A stretch of 32,000 nucleotides of DNA from Hyphomicrobiales bacterium (GCA_034440495.1 JAWXCE010000001.1:60478-92477); one strand, 5' to 3'. Positions 18,779-26,317 are shown, counted from the first letter of the stretch. Notes: generated from the sequence alone by a model not told the origin. Numbers and translations: made by a program.

Positions 18779-19647
18779 AAACGGACGCCGCCATCGTTTA
18801 CGCCCCCGGCGGAGACGGGTGCCATTACATAGCCGTTGCCGGGCATGTGCGGAAAACCCCCGAAGTTGACGCCGTTACCGAACTTGGCGCGGCAGGTCGG
18901 GAAGGTTTTGTCGCAGCCTGCTGTAATTGTGAATATGTCGCTCGCCGCGATTGCCCCGGCCATCGTCTGCCACAACTCGATCACGTCGCCCAGATGCGTG
19001 CGCACCTCCATGCTAAGGCCTGTATTGGCGCCGTCCGTCCAGGTGAGCAGGCCGCCGGAGAACCAACCCGCCTCGAATGCGCCGAGACCGGATACGGTGA
19101 TGCGATGCCCCGCCGCGCTGAGGACCGCGCCTGCGCCGCGATAGGTCGGCGCCGTCAAATCCACACCGCACCGAACATCGCCAAGCGCCGCGTCGCAAGC
19201 GTATTGGTACGTGCGGCCCGTCTCCTGGCTGAGGTAATGCGCTAGTCCGCGAACCTCGGCGGTGAAAGAGGCACCCTCCCGGCGCACCTCACCGAGCGAT
19301 CCTGTGCGCATCAGCACGCGCTGCTCTGGCAAATCCCAGCGCACGCGCCAGATTTCCACCCGCGCATCGTCAAAGGCTCCCGCCGCAAGATCGTCCTCAT
19401 TGAGGTGCGCGGACGACAGCGCGCCGGATACGTCGAGATTATCGACACTGAGGCCGACGCCATCCACGATCTCGGTCGCGGAAAAGCCAGACGCGGCTTC
19501 GAACGCAGTTCCATCGAACAGCAGATCGCGGTCGTGTTCGGTGAACCCGAGCCGCATCCCATCCGCCCGTGTTAGGAGCCAGCACCAGCACAAATGCGTG
19601 GCGCCGCCATCCAGATGCGACTGCAAGCTTTGCGAAAGCGTTTTCAT
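18775..19647 (-). CDS. GTA g13-type hub protein (DUF2163 / BR0599-like)
   Basis: LDGGATHLCWCWLLTRADGMRLGFTEHDRDLLFDGTAFEAASGF and the C-terminal CDKTFPTCRAKFGNGVNFGGFPHMPG are characteristic. ATGA overlap with g14. Confidence 0.88.
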   Translation of the reverse strand: MKTLSQSLQSHLDGGATHLCWCWLLTRADGMRLGFTEHDRDLLFDGTAFEAASGFSATEIVDGVGLSVDNLDVSGALSSAHLNEDDLAAGAFDDARVEIWRVRWDLPEQRVLMRTGSLGEVRREGASFTAEVRGLAHYLSQETGRTYQYACDAALGDVRCGVDLTAPTYRGAGAVLSAAGHRITVSGLGAFEAGWFSGGLLTWTDGANTGLSMEVRTHLGDVIELWQTMAGAIAASDIFTITAGCDKTFPTCRAKFGNGVNFGGFPHMPGNGYVMAPVSAGGVNDGGVRL

Positions 19648-19691
19648 GTATGACCCGGGTTACTAACTTGATGTTAGGTGGCGGCGGAAGC

Positions 19692-19720
19692 TTGCTTGCG
19701 GACGCTGCCACGCTTACAGT
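19692..19720 (+). promoter_or_regulatory. Sigma70-like promoter candidate for the opposite-strand coiled-coil gene
   Basis: TTGCTT (19692-19697), a 17-nt spacer, then TACAGT (19715-19720). AGGAGA at 19729-19734 lies 7 nt before ATG 19742. Confidence 0.3.
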
Positions 19721-19741
19721 GCGGCAATAGGAGATAAGCTG

Positions 19742-20011
19742 ATGGCTGCTGTCGAAGAACTGGAACGCCGCGTTACAGCGCTGGAAGTTGCGCAGAACGA
19801 CACAACGCAAACCATGCGCTGGGTGGTCGCGAGGCTCGGGCGGATGTCTGCCGTCCAAGACGAGCACACGCTTCGTTTAGAGCGGATTGAAACCCAGTTT
19901 GGCCGCATGGACGCTAAGGTAGATCGTGTTGATTTAGAACTGCGCAGCTTTCGAGAGGATTTGCCGGGCATAATTGTCGAGGCTGTCCGCGAAGCGCTGC
20001 GTAAGGATTGA
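19742..20011 (+). CDS. Small coiled-coil protein of unknown function, antisense to the GTA operon
   Basis: 89 aa, heptad-like and charged (EELERRVTALEVAQNDTTQT...RLERIETQFGRMDAKVDRVDLELRSFREDLPGIIVEAVREALRKD). Strong RBS, no TM segment and no signal peptide. By eye its GC content is lower than that of the flanks. Confidence 0.6.
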   Translation: MAAVEELERRVTALEVAQNDTTQTMRWVVARLGRMSAVQDEHTLRLERIETQFGRMDAKVDRVDLELRSFREDLPGIIVEAVREALRKD

Positions 20012-20015
20012 CGCG

Positions 20016-20648
20016 CTAAAGCCGGATTTCGACGAGCGGTATGTTGGGGATGGAGCCGTGGCGGAAGCCGTCGAGATTGATCTCCAGCCGGTCGGCGTCA
20101 AAGCGCACTGGAACGTCGAACTCGAAGCCCGCCGTTACCATAGCACCGCTTGTCGGCATTGAGCCGGGGACGAATGTAACGACGCCGTCCGCCAGCAGGT
20201 AATCCTCGCTCTCCGTCTGTACCGCGCCGCCGACAGCCACGAGCACGCTGCCTGCCAAAGGCTTTTTAATGTTGCGCGTCCATGGCGCGAACGTTGAGCC
20301 ATAGGTTTTCACGAGTTGGAAGGCGGCCTGTTCGCCGTCGCTCTGCCCTAGCGCCTGATCCAACGCCGATGGGGCGGCGCCCGGTGCGCAGGATTTGTAA
20401 TCCGTGAAATCCTTCCAGCGGAAACCGTGCAACCGCCCGCGCCGCTCCTCGAAAAACGCGATGACGGCATGCAGATCGTCGAGCGTCTTGACGCCATAGC
20501 CCGCGTTGTAGCTCCGCCTGCTGTCGGCCCAGCGCGCATTTCGCTCCTCCCGGCCGGAGCCGAGCGTGACGATCTCGGTACGCCGCTCCGGGCCGCCACT
20601 CGCGCCGAGCGAAATCACGGTTGGAAATCTGATATCGTGAAACGCCAT
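20016..20648 (-). CDS. GTA g12-type distal tail protein (DUF2460)
   Basis: From ATG 20648 (GGAGAT upstream): MAFHDIRFPTVISLGASGGPERRTEIVTLGSGREERNARW...RGRLHGFRWKDFTDYKS, typical of this family. The track start at 20696 lies in repeat DNA. Confidence 0.88.
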   Translation of the reverse strand: MAFHDIRFPTVISLGASGGPERRTEIVTLGSGREERNARWADSRRSYNAGYGVKTLDDLHAVIAFFEERRGRLHGFRWKDFTDYKSCAPGAAPSALDQALGQSDGEQAAFQLVKTYGSTFAPWTRNIKKPLAGSVLVAVGGAVQTESEDYLLADGVVTFVPGSMPTSGAMVTAGFEFDVPVRFDADRLEINLDGFRHGSIPNIPLVEIRL

Positions 20649-20681
20649 TTTCATCTCCGTCGCGCGGCCCCGCGCTTTTTT

Positions 20682-20941
20682 GTTGCTGTTGCGCATTCGC
20701 GCAACGGGTTTCCGGCTAAGCCGGGCGCGCGGTCGCGCTGTTCGCCCTGCGGGCGCTTAGGGCCTCGGTTGTGGCTAGAGGTTGCGCTAGCCGCGCGAGA
20801 CGGCGCGGGCGAGAGGTTGTTGCCGTTGCGCATTCGCGCAACGGGTTTCCCGCTAGGCCCGGCGCGCGGTCCCGCTATCCGCCCTTCGGGCGCTTAAAGG
20901 CATCAGAGATTGCGCTGGCCACGGGAGACGGCGCGGGCGAG
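20682..20941. repeat. Imperfect tandem duplication (two units of about 130 bp) covering the g11 3' end and the g11-g12 spacer
   Basis: Unit A is about 20682-20813 and unit B about 20819-20941. Each carries the perfect hairpin GTTGCGC-attc-GCGCAAC (20688-20705 and 20825-20842). Each also carries a copy of the g11 terminal sequence: 20903-20941 is the real one, and 20775-20813 is a degenerate relic. Confidence 0.8.
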
Positions 20942-21484
20942 CATTGCCGAGATTTGACCCTCCGAGCGGCGGAAGCTGTCGGCATTGGGCGTCGTGATGT
21001 TCACGGTGACACTCACCGCGCCGCCGCCGCCCGAGCGCACGCCCAGCCTGCCATCCGAGCCGCGCGCCAGGGGCAAAATCGCCTCCGGCCCGGCCTCGCC
21101 CGCTAGCCCCATGCGGCCATTGCCGAGCGGAAACGTGATGGGAGAGGCGACGACGCCGCCGGACGCGAACGGCGTCACCATGGGCTGGCCGACGACGCCG
21201 CCCTTTGCGAAGGCCGAGAAGCCGCCCGCCGCTTGCGAAAGCAAACCGCCGATGCCTTCGCTGACTGGCGCGAGCGCGGAGCGGAACGCGAGCTTCGACA
21301 GGTCGAGCGCCAGCGCGCGCAGCGTGTCGCCAAAGCCCTTGCCCTCAAAAATCGCATCCTCGAACGCGCTGGTGATCTTTTTGCCAAAGCTATCGCCAAG
21401 TTTTTCCAGGTCTTTCAGCTTTTGCCGTGCGTCGTCTGTTTTAGCAGTGATCTCGATGGACAGGCTCGCCACGTTATCGGCCAT
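20903..21484 (-). CDS. GTA g11-type short tail tape measure protein
   Basis: 193 aa from ATG 21484, with AAGGAG 6 nt upstream. Coiled N-terminal part (KTDDARQKLKDLEKLGDSFGKK), then a Gly-rich FAKGGVV...FASGGVV...MGLAGEAGPEAILPLARGSDGRLGV segment typical of tape measures. Lies between the chaperone genes and g12. Confidence 0.75.
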   Translation of the reverse strand: MADNVASLSIEITAKTDDARQKLKDLEKLGDSFGKKITSAFEDAIFEGKGFGDTLRALALDLSKLAFRSALAPVSEGIGGLLSQAAGGFSAFAKGGVVGQPMVTPFASGGVVASPITFPLGNGRMGLAGEAGPEAILPLARGSDGRLGVRSGGGGAVSVTVNITTPNADSFRRSEGQISAMLARAVSRGQRNL

Positions 21485-21504
21485 AGGCAACTCCTTTTTG
21501 GCTT

Positions 21505-21593
21505 GTCATCCTCGAGCGCGGTGAGGCGGAGACCCGAGGATACATTCCTAAGGCGTAAAGTCTGGATGGCCGGGTCAAGCCCGGCGATGATGA
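21505..21593. repeat. REP/MITE-like palindromic element (family A) in the g10.1-g11 junction
   Basis: gtcatcctcgag...cccgaggatac hairpin plus the module tctggatggccgggtcaagcccggcgatgatg. That module is shared with the elements at 25773-25857 and 28684-28747. Confidence 0.7.
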
Positions 21594-21595
21594 GA

Positions 21596-21799
21596 TCAGA
21601 GATCCGGGAAGCGCGCTTTTAGCGCGTCCAAATCGGCGCGGGCGAAAGTAGGAGTGGCATGGCCATGAAGCCCGCGCATCGCGACGGCGATCTCGCGCGG
21701 GGTCGCCGCCCAGAAGTCGCGCGGAGATAGCCGAAGCGCGCCCAGGCCCGCCGCGATCACCGCATCCCAGGGGAACGGCTGCGCCTGCGCGGCGCTCAC
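21596..21799 (-). CDS. GTA g10.1-type small tail assembly protein
   Basis: 67 aa (FPWDAVIAAGLGALRLSPRDFWAATPREIAVAM), the rcc01693-like pattern. GTG start overlaps the g10 stop as GTGA. Confidence 0.7.
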   Translation of the reverse strand: MSAAQAQPFPWDAVIAAGLGALRLSPRDFWAATPREIAVAMRGLHGHATPTFARADLDALKARFPDL

Positions 21800-22125
21800 C
21801 GCTTTCCCGGCGCAACCTCGCTAAGAAAGGTTGCGGCAAGCAACCGCGCAACGATATCGACGAAGCCAGTGGCGCCGCCCTCCGCCCGCATGCGGGAAAC
21901 CTCGGCGTCCGACACATCCGCGCCCGCACCGCGTAAGCCCGCGCCAATCACGCGAATGGCGTCGCGGGCCGCGATCTCACCGCCCTCGAACCGCCGGGCG
22001 ACGGAAAGCATATCTTCGCCGCCAAACGCGTCCTCAAGCTCCGCGAGCGCGCCGAGGGTAAGGCACAGGCGGCGCGGCTCGCTGTCCAGCGTGGCGTCGA
22101 TTTCGCCGCGATATTTGTTGGCCAT
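21796..22125 (-). CDS. GTA g10-type tail assembly chaperone-like protein
   Basis: From ATG 22125: MANKYRGEIDATLDSEPRRLCLTLGALAELEDAFGGEDMLSVARRF, the gene-transfer-agent family pattern. The track's 40-aa N-terminal extension (..LLRFARNDG..) is translated repeat DNA. Confidence 0.8.
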   Translation of the reverse strand: MANKYRGEIDATLDSEPRRLCLTLGALAELEDAFGGEDMLSVARRFEGGEIAARDAIRVIGAGLRGAGADVSDAEVSRMRAEGGATGFVDIVARLLAATFLSEVAPGKR

Positions 22126-22165
22126 CGTTTTCCCTTTGAAAGTAGCGTACGCATGTCTGCAATCT

Positions 22166-22251
22166 CCGTCATTGCGAGCAAAGCGAAGCAATCCATTTCG
22201 CATTCGAGGCGAGGAGATGGATTGCTTGGGCCTGCGGCCTCGCAATGACGG
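22166..22251. repeat. REP/MITE-like nested palindromic element (family B) in the g9-g10 junction
   Basis: Terminal inverted repeat ccgtcattgcgag (22166-22178) / ctcgcaatgacgg (22239-22251). Inner inverted repeat gcaatccat (22188-22196) / atggattgc (22217-22225). I recognise the cattgcgagc-aagcgaagcaatcc motif as a common alphaproteobacterial intergenic repeat. Confidence 0.8.
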
Positions 22252-22266
22252 CGGGGGTGGCTGGAA

Positions 22267-22680
22267 TTAAGCGGCGGTGAAAGTGAGCGCGCCCGCCGAT
22301 TCTAGCGCGATTTCAAAGGTCAACTCGTTGTCGTGCTGACCGGAGAACTCTAACGCGGTGATCTGGAATAGCCCTTCCACCGTGCCGAAATCCGGGATAA
22401 TCATTTGCCAACGGCGGATCGCGCCTGCAAAGAACAGTTCGCGGATTTTAGCGTCTGACGCTTCATCCTTGAAGATGCCGCCGCCAGTGACGCGGGCGGT
22501 TTTCAAGCCCACATTGGCCAGCAGCTCGCGCCATTCGCCCGCAGAATCCGCGTGGGTCGCATCCACCGTCGCCGCGTTGAAGGCGAGGCCGCGTGCGCGA
22601 AGCCCCGCGACGGTTATGAATACGCCCGCGCCGCTCGAGTCGAGTTTCAACAGTAGGTCTTTGCCGCGCTGTGCGGTCAT
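22267..22680 (-). CDS. GTA g9-type major tail (tube) protein, TP901-1 family
   Basis: 137 aa: GKDLLLKLDSSGAGVFITVAGLRARGLAFNAATVDATHADS...ARVTGGGIFKDEASD...ITALEFSGQHDNELTFEIALESAG. Confidence 0.9.
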   Translation of the reverse strand: MTAQRGKDLLLKLDSSGAGVFITVAGLRARGLAFNAATVDATHADSAGEWRELLANVGLKTARVTGGGIFKDEASDAKIRELFFAGAIRRWQMIIPDFGTVEGLFQITALEFSGQHDNELTFEIALESAGALTFTAA

Positions 22681-22706
22681 GGCCGGTCTCCTTGATGTGA
22701 TGGGCG

Positions 22707-23114
22707 TTAAACGGGTTCGGTGACCGCGCGAAAGCGCAGGGCGGCGTGGTAGGTCTCGCCGTCGTCGTCGCGCCGCAGATCGGAGTATTGATGGCGCAGG
22801 TTGATGAGCCGATGGCCGTCGAGGATCAGCGCCGCACCGTCAAGCGCGTCACGGATGGCGTCCGACACGTCGTAAATCTGCCGCCGCCCGGCGTAACGCG
22901 ACCAGATGTGGATGGTGATGAGGTGCTCCAGCCCCGGCTCAGTGCCGGTGCTCCAGTCGCGCGCGGTCGTAGGGTCGATGGTGATGAACGGGAACGTCAC
23001 CGGCTGCGGCGCATCGTCATACACGCGCTGGCCGCCGAGGAGTGCGACCACCGCCGCATTGCCGGTCAACCCCTGAAAAATGCCCGATTGCAGGGCAAAT
23101 CCCGCAGAACTCAT
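22707..23114 (-). CDS. DUF3168-type tail terminator / tail completion protein (RcGTA g8 equivalent)
   Basis: From ATG 23114, which overlaps the upstream stop as ATGA: MSSAGFALQSGIFQGLTGNAAVVALLGGQRVYDDAPQPVTFPFITI...HIWSRYAGRRQ. Confidence 0.8.
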   Translation of the reverse strand: MSSAGFALQSGIFQGLTGNAAVVALLGGQRVYDDAPQPVTFPFITIDPTTARDWSTGTEPGLEHLITIHIWSRYAGRRQIYDVSDAIRDALDGAALILDGHRLINLRHQYSDLRRDDDGETYHAALRFRAVTEPV

Positions 23115-23473
23115 AGGCGTTCTCCCTTGATTGTCGATTTCAGCCAGCGCGCAAAAGCTGCGGCGATACCCTCGCGAGACGCCGCAAGAGCCGGTTCCAA
23201 CCATGGCCGCGCAGGCCGCGCCAAAGTGCCGAACTCAACCGCCGCTGCGTGACCGCTCGCCTCCAGCCGCACCGAGCCATCCGCCGCCGATATGATTGCA
23301 ATCTGCCCGCCGACGCCCGCGGCCTCGTCGAGCGCGACCTCAGACAATCGCCGTTCAGTTTCCAGTTGCAAAACGCTACCGGCTTCCCGAGCCGCGCTGG
23401 AAAGGCTCGGCATCGCGGACGCGGTGGCGAGGCGGCGCTTGAAGGCGTCAAGGCCGATGATTTCCGCGCTCAT
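23111..23473 (-). CDS. HK97 gp10-family head-tail joining protein
   Basis: From ATG 23473 (ATGA overlap with g7). AAAVEFGTLARPARPWLEPAL matches the VEFGT...PF(L)xPA signature of the HK97 gp10 family. Confidence 0.7.
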   Translation of the reverse strand: MSAEIIGLDAFKRRLATASAMPSLSSAAREAGSVLQLETERRLSEVALDEAAGVGGQIAIISAADGSVRLEASGHAAAVEFGTLARPARPWLEPALAASREGIAAAFARWLKSTIKGERL

Positions 23474-23793
23474 AGATCGCGCTCCTCGCATTCGCAGATG
23501 AGAACACGGCGGCGTTCGTCCTCCACCTTGGCGATGATCTCGACCACGCGCTGGCCGAAACGGATGCGCATCGTAGGCAGCACGCCAGCGCGCCAGCGGA
23601 TGGTGATGTCGTGGCTGACGATGCTAGCGAGCCGATCCGCCCGCATTCGCTCCGCGCCGCCCCGCGCATGCACCCGCGCCCACACGGTCGCCACACTGGC
23701 CCAGGTCTCGTTGAAACCACCCGCCCCATCGCTCGCGCGCTGAGGCGCCTCGATAATGACGCGGCGGCGCATTTGCCCGGTGCGCGCGCTCAT
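23470..23793 (-). CDS. GTA g7-type head-tail adaptor / head closure protein
   Basis: 107 aa: RRRVIIEAPQRASDGAGGFNETWASVATVWARV...ITIRWRAGVLPTMRIRFGQRVVEIIAKVEDERRR, the Phage_H_T_join pattern. ATGA overlap with g6. Confidence 0.85.
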   Translation of the reverse strand: MSARTGQMRRRVIIEAPQRASDGAGGFNETWASVATVWARVHARGGAERMRADRLASIVSHDITIRWRAGVLPTMRIRFGQRVVEIIAKVEDERRRVLICECEERDL

Positions 23794-24359
23794 AGCCGCG
23801 CCGTGCGGTAAGGCGCCATCAACGCAGCGACGCCTTGCGGCTGCTGGAACATTTCCTCAGGCGCGGCGGCTTCGCGCTGTTCGTGCCAATGGGCGACAAG
23901 CATGAGGATGGCGTGGCGCAAGGGCTGAGGAACGTCAGCGCCCGACGCGCCGTAGCCCGCCGTAAAGGCGATTTCTATGCCGTTCACCGCGCGGCCGGGC
24001 GCTGGCCAAGTCACGTTGACAGGAGCGAGTCGTGCCGGGCGTGACGCTGCGTCGAGCTGATACTGGTTGGCGGTAAGCGTGGTGACGGCGGCGTTGACCG
24101 CGTAAAGGCGCACATTGTTAATCGCCTGAACAGGGCCAAGCGGTAAGTCCACCGGGCCGACGGGCCAGGCGTCGAGATAAAGCGACCAGTTTTGCGTGAT
24201 GAGCGCCAGATCGAGCGCGTGCTCGATGTGCATCCGCGCGGCAACGATCAGGCTGCCAATCAGCGCGTCTTCGTCCGCGCCGTCAATGCGCAAATGCGCT
24301 TTGGTTTCGGCGAGGCTGACCGGTTCCGCAACAGGGCCGGAGGTGAGAATAAGAGGCAT
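23790..24359 (-). CDS. GTA g6-type head-tail connector (gp6-like adaptor)
   Basis: 189 aa from ATG 24359 (AAAGGA upstream): EPVSLAETKAHLRIDGADEDALIGSLIVAARMHIEHAL... Only this C-terminal part of the 427-aa track ORF is real. The remainder is an alternate frame of the capsid gene. Confidence 0.8.
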   Translation of the reverse strand: MPLILTSGPVAEPVSLAETKAHLRIDGADEDALIGSLIVAARMHIEHALDLALITQNWSLYLDAWPVGPVDLPLGPVQAINNVRLYAVNAAVTTLTANQYQLDAASRPARLAPVNVTWPAPGRAVNGIEIAFTAGYGASGADVPQPLRHAILMLVAHWHEQREAAAPEEMFQQPQGVAALMAPYRTARL

Positions 24360-24370
24360 TGATATCCTTT

Positions 24371-24413
24371 CGCAAAAATGGCCGCGAACGCAATTTATTG
24401 TGCGGTCGCGGCC
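24371..24413 (-). terminator. Terminator- or attenuator-like hairpin between the capsid gene and g6
   Basis: 13-bp stem with one mismatch, ggccgcgaacgca (24380-24392) / tgcggtcgcggcc (24401-24413). On the minus strand it is followed by ATTTTTGCG. Confidence 0.5.
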
Positions 24414-24487
24414 TACGGTTTGCCAGGCGGTTAATCTATCGGGATGAAAATGTGTCTGTACCCAATCCACATGGGGGATGCGAAGCG

Positions 24488-25714
24488 TTAAGACGCGGCA
24501 AACTTCAAAAGTTTTATCGCGTCGAAGTCCTGCACGCCGCCGCCGACACGCTTTGTCGTGTAAAACAGCACGTAAGGCTTGGCGGAGTACGGGTCGCGCA
24601 GGATGCGCAGGCCCATGCGATCCACCACGAGGTAGCCCCGGCGGAAATCGCCGAAAGCGAGCGCGTAGGCGTCCGCCGCGATATCCGGCATTTCCTCCAC
24701 CTCGACCACGGGGAAGCCCATGAGCGTGGCGGGTTGGCCGATGGCGGCGGGCGGCGACCATAGATATTCGCCCGTCGTCGCTTTGAACTTGCGGATCGCG
24801 GCCTGCGTCTTGCGGTTCAAGACGAACGTGCCGTTCTGACGAAACGGGCCTTTCAGCGCATAGATGAGGTCGAGCAGGATATCCGACGGGTTGGAGGCCG
24901 CGAAAGCGCCTGCCGCGCCTGTCGCCAGGTAGCCGATATTGCCCCACGACCAGCTCGCATTGGCGACTTTTGTGTAGTTCATGAAGCCTTTCGGCTGGCC
25001 TGTGCCGTTGCCGTTCACGAGCGCCGCGCTTTCCTGCTCGGCGAAGGAGGTTTCGATTTCGTCGGCGAGCCACTGGTCGATGTCCACAACAGAATCATCA
25101 AGCAGTGTCTGCGTTGCCGCTGGCATGGCGTAAAGTTCCATGGCGGGGAATGACAGTTCCGCCAGCGTGGGCGCCGTGGTCTGGGTGCGTGCGGCCGTCT
25201 CCGCCACCCACCCTGCCGCCGTGCCGACGGTCGAGAACGCTTTTTTGTAGGTGCCCGCAGAAACCTGCCGCACCGACGCGATGCCCCGTATTGGCGACAG
25301 CGTGGAGAGGCGGCGCAACACCTCCGACTCGGTCACGGACGGAGCAAGATAGCCGCCATCCGGGCCCGAGCCAGCCGACAGCGCCTTCAGCTCCAAAGCT
25401 TTCAGGCCCGTGAATTCGCCGGTGCGCACGTAGCTGTCGAACGCCGACTTGTGCTCGCACGCCGCCACGCTTTTTATCTCGCCGCCACGCGCAGGGCGCA
25501 ACGCTTTAAGCGACAGGGTTTCCACCGCCTTGTTCAGCCGGTCCACCTTCTCGGCGGTGACGGCGTCGGTAGACATGCGGCGCTCGATCTGGTCGAGCCG
25601 TTCGTCATTGGCCTCACGGAAGGCGTGCAGCGTGCGCATGAAATCGTCGTAGTCGTCATGGCGGTTTGCGCCCGCCGCCTTGTTTTCCAGGGCCGGGTAG
25701 AAATGTTCGGTCAT
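24488..25714 (-). CDS. GTA g5-type major capsid protein, HK97 family
   Basis: 408 aa. N-terminal coiled delta-like region (ERLDQIERRMS...KVDRLNKAVETL), then the HK97-fold body (GGYLAPSVTESEVLRRLSTLSPIRGIASV...LWSPPAAIGQPATLMGFPV). GAGGA RBS. Confidence 0.95.
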   Translation of the reverse strand: MTEHFYPALENKAAGANRHDDYDDFMRTLHAFREANDERLDQIERRMSTDAVTAEKVDRLNKAVETLSLKALRPARGGEIKSVAACEHKSAFDSYVRTGEFTGLKALELKALSAGSGPDGGYLAPSVTESEVLRRLSTLSPIRGIASVRQVSAGTYKKAFSTVGTAAGWVAETAARTQTTAPTLAELSFPAMELYAMPAATQTLLDDSVVDIDQWLADEIETSFAEQESAALVNGNGTGQPKGFMNYTKVANASWSWGNIGYLATGAAGAFAASNPSDILLDLIYALKGPFRQNGTFVLNRKTQAAIRKFKATTGEYLWSPPAAIGQPATLMGFPVVEVEEMPDIAADAYALAFGDFRRGYLVVDRMGLRILRDPYSAKPYVLFYTTKRVGGGVQDFDAIKLLKFAAS

Positions 25715-25729
25715 GTTTGTCCTCGTTGG

Positions 25730-26317
25730 TTAAGGGCGTAGGCAAATGGCGCGGTTTATGCCATCTCGCTTTGTCATGACCGCGCTTGATCCGGTCATCC
25801 AGGAAGGCTGCGCGGTTTTTGTTTTCTGAATGGCCGGGTCAAGCCCGGCGATGACGGGGTTGGGGGTGGCTATGACCGAGGGGCGTTGATGGGCTACACG
25901 TGCGCCCGCCAGCATTGGGAATGTCACGATGGAGATTTCCCAGAGGTCGATTTCGGTAAGGAGCCGGCCGCCGCGAGCGTCGCGCTGCGATTTGACCGCG
26001 CGGAAGCCGATGGACAGGCCGTCGATGGCGCCGTCGCGCAGAAGACCGCGCAGATCGTTCGATTTCGCCACGCCCTCCGACAGCCAGCCACGCACGTAAA
26101 GCCCGCGCGCATCCTCGCGGATGTCCTCCCACACGCCGACGGGCTGCGCCGGATCGTGCTGGAAAAGCATGCGGATGGCGCAGGCGGGGCGGCGGGCGAG
26201 CGAGGCGCGAAAAGCGCCAGGCGCCACCATGTCTCGCGTCTGATCGGGCACGCCGAACAGGCTTGCATAGCCCGTGATGCGCTGTTTTGCACAGGTGAAG
26301 GTTTTTGCGTCGTGCAT
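25730..26317 (-). CDS. GTA g4-type prohead protease, HK97 family, with a repeat-derived C-terminal tail
   Basis: ITGYASLFGVPDQTRDMVAPGAFRASL, MLFQHDPAQPVGVWEDIREDARGLYVRG, IDGLSIGFR and EISIVTFPMLAGARV. The last 45 codons or so run through the family A repeat element. Confidence 0.9.
   Translation of the reverse strand: MHDAKTFTCAKQRITGYASLFGVPDQTRDMVAPGAFRASLARRPACAIRMLFQHDPAQPVGVWEDIREDARGLYVRGWLSEGVAKSNDLRGLLRDGAIDGLSIGFRAVKSQRDARGGRLLTEIDLWEISIVTFPMLAGARVAHQRPSVIATPNPVIAGLDPAIQKTKTAQPSWMTGSSAVMTKRDGINRAICLRP
25773..25857. repeat. REP/MITE-like palindromic element (family A) inside the 3' end of the g4 ORF
   Basis: gtcatgaccgcgcttgatccggtcatccagga...tggccgggtcaagcccggcgatgacgg. Both hairpin modules are shared with the element at 28684-28747. 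Confidence 0.75.

Noticed and set aside
20682-20941. Possible CRISPR array or tRNA-like element in the repeated g11-g12 spacer
   Set aside because: There are only two units, directly adjacent with no unique spacers. One unit includes the coding end of g11. I could not fold a cloverleaf from it. Tandem duplication is the simpler reading.
21474-22245. ORF 21474-21947 (157 aa), ORFs 21831-22270 (+), and the 40-aa N-terminal extension of g10 (..SSPRMRNGLLRFARNDG..)
   Set aside because: These span repeat elements or lie antisense or out of frame to g10 and g10.1. The LRFARNDG and PGLTRPSRL type peptides are the familiar spurious translations of these repeats.
23790-25073. 427-aa ORF in the track
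   Set aside because: Only the last 189 codons (from ATG 24359, with an RBS) look like a gp6-type adaptor. The upstream 238 codons are an Arg/Pro/Gly-rich alternate frame of the capsid gene, which is a typical high-GC artefact.
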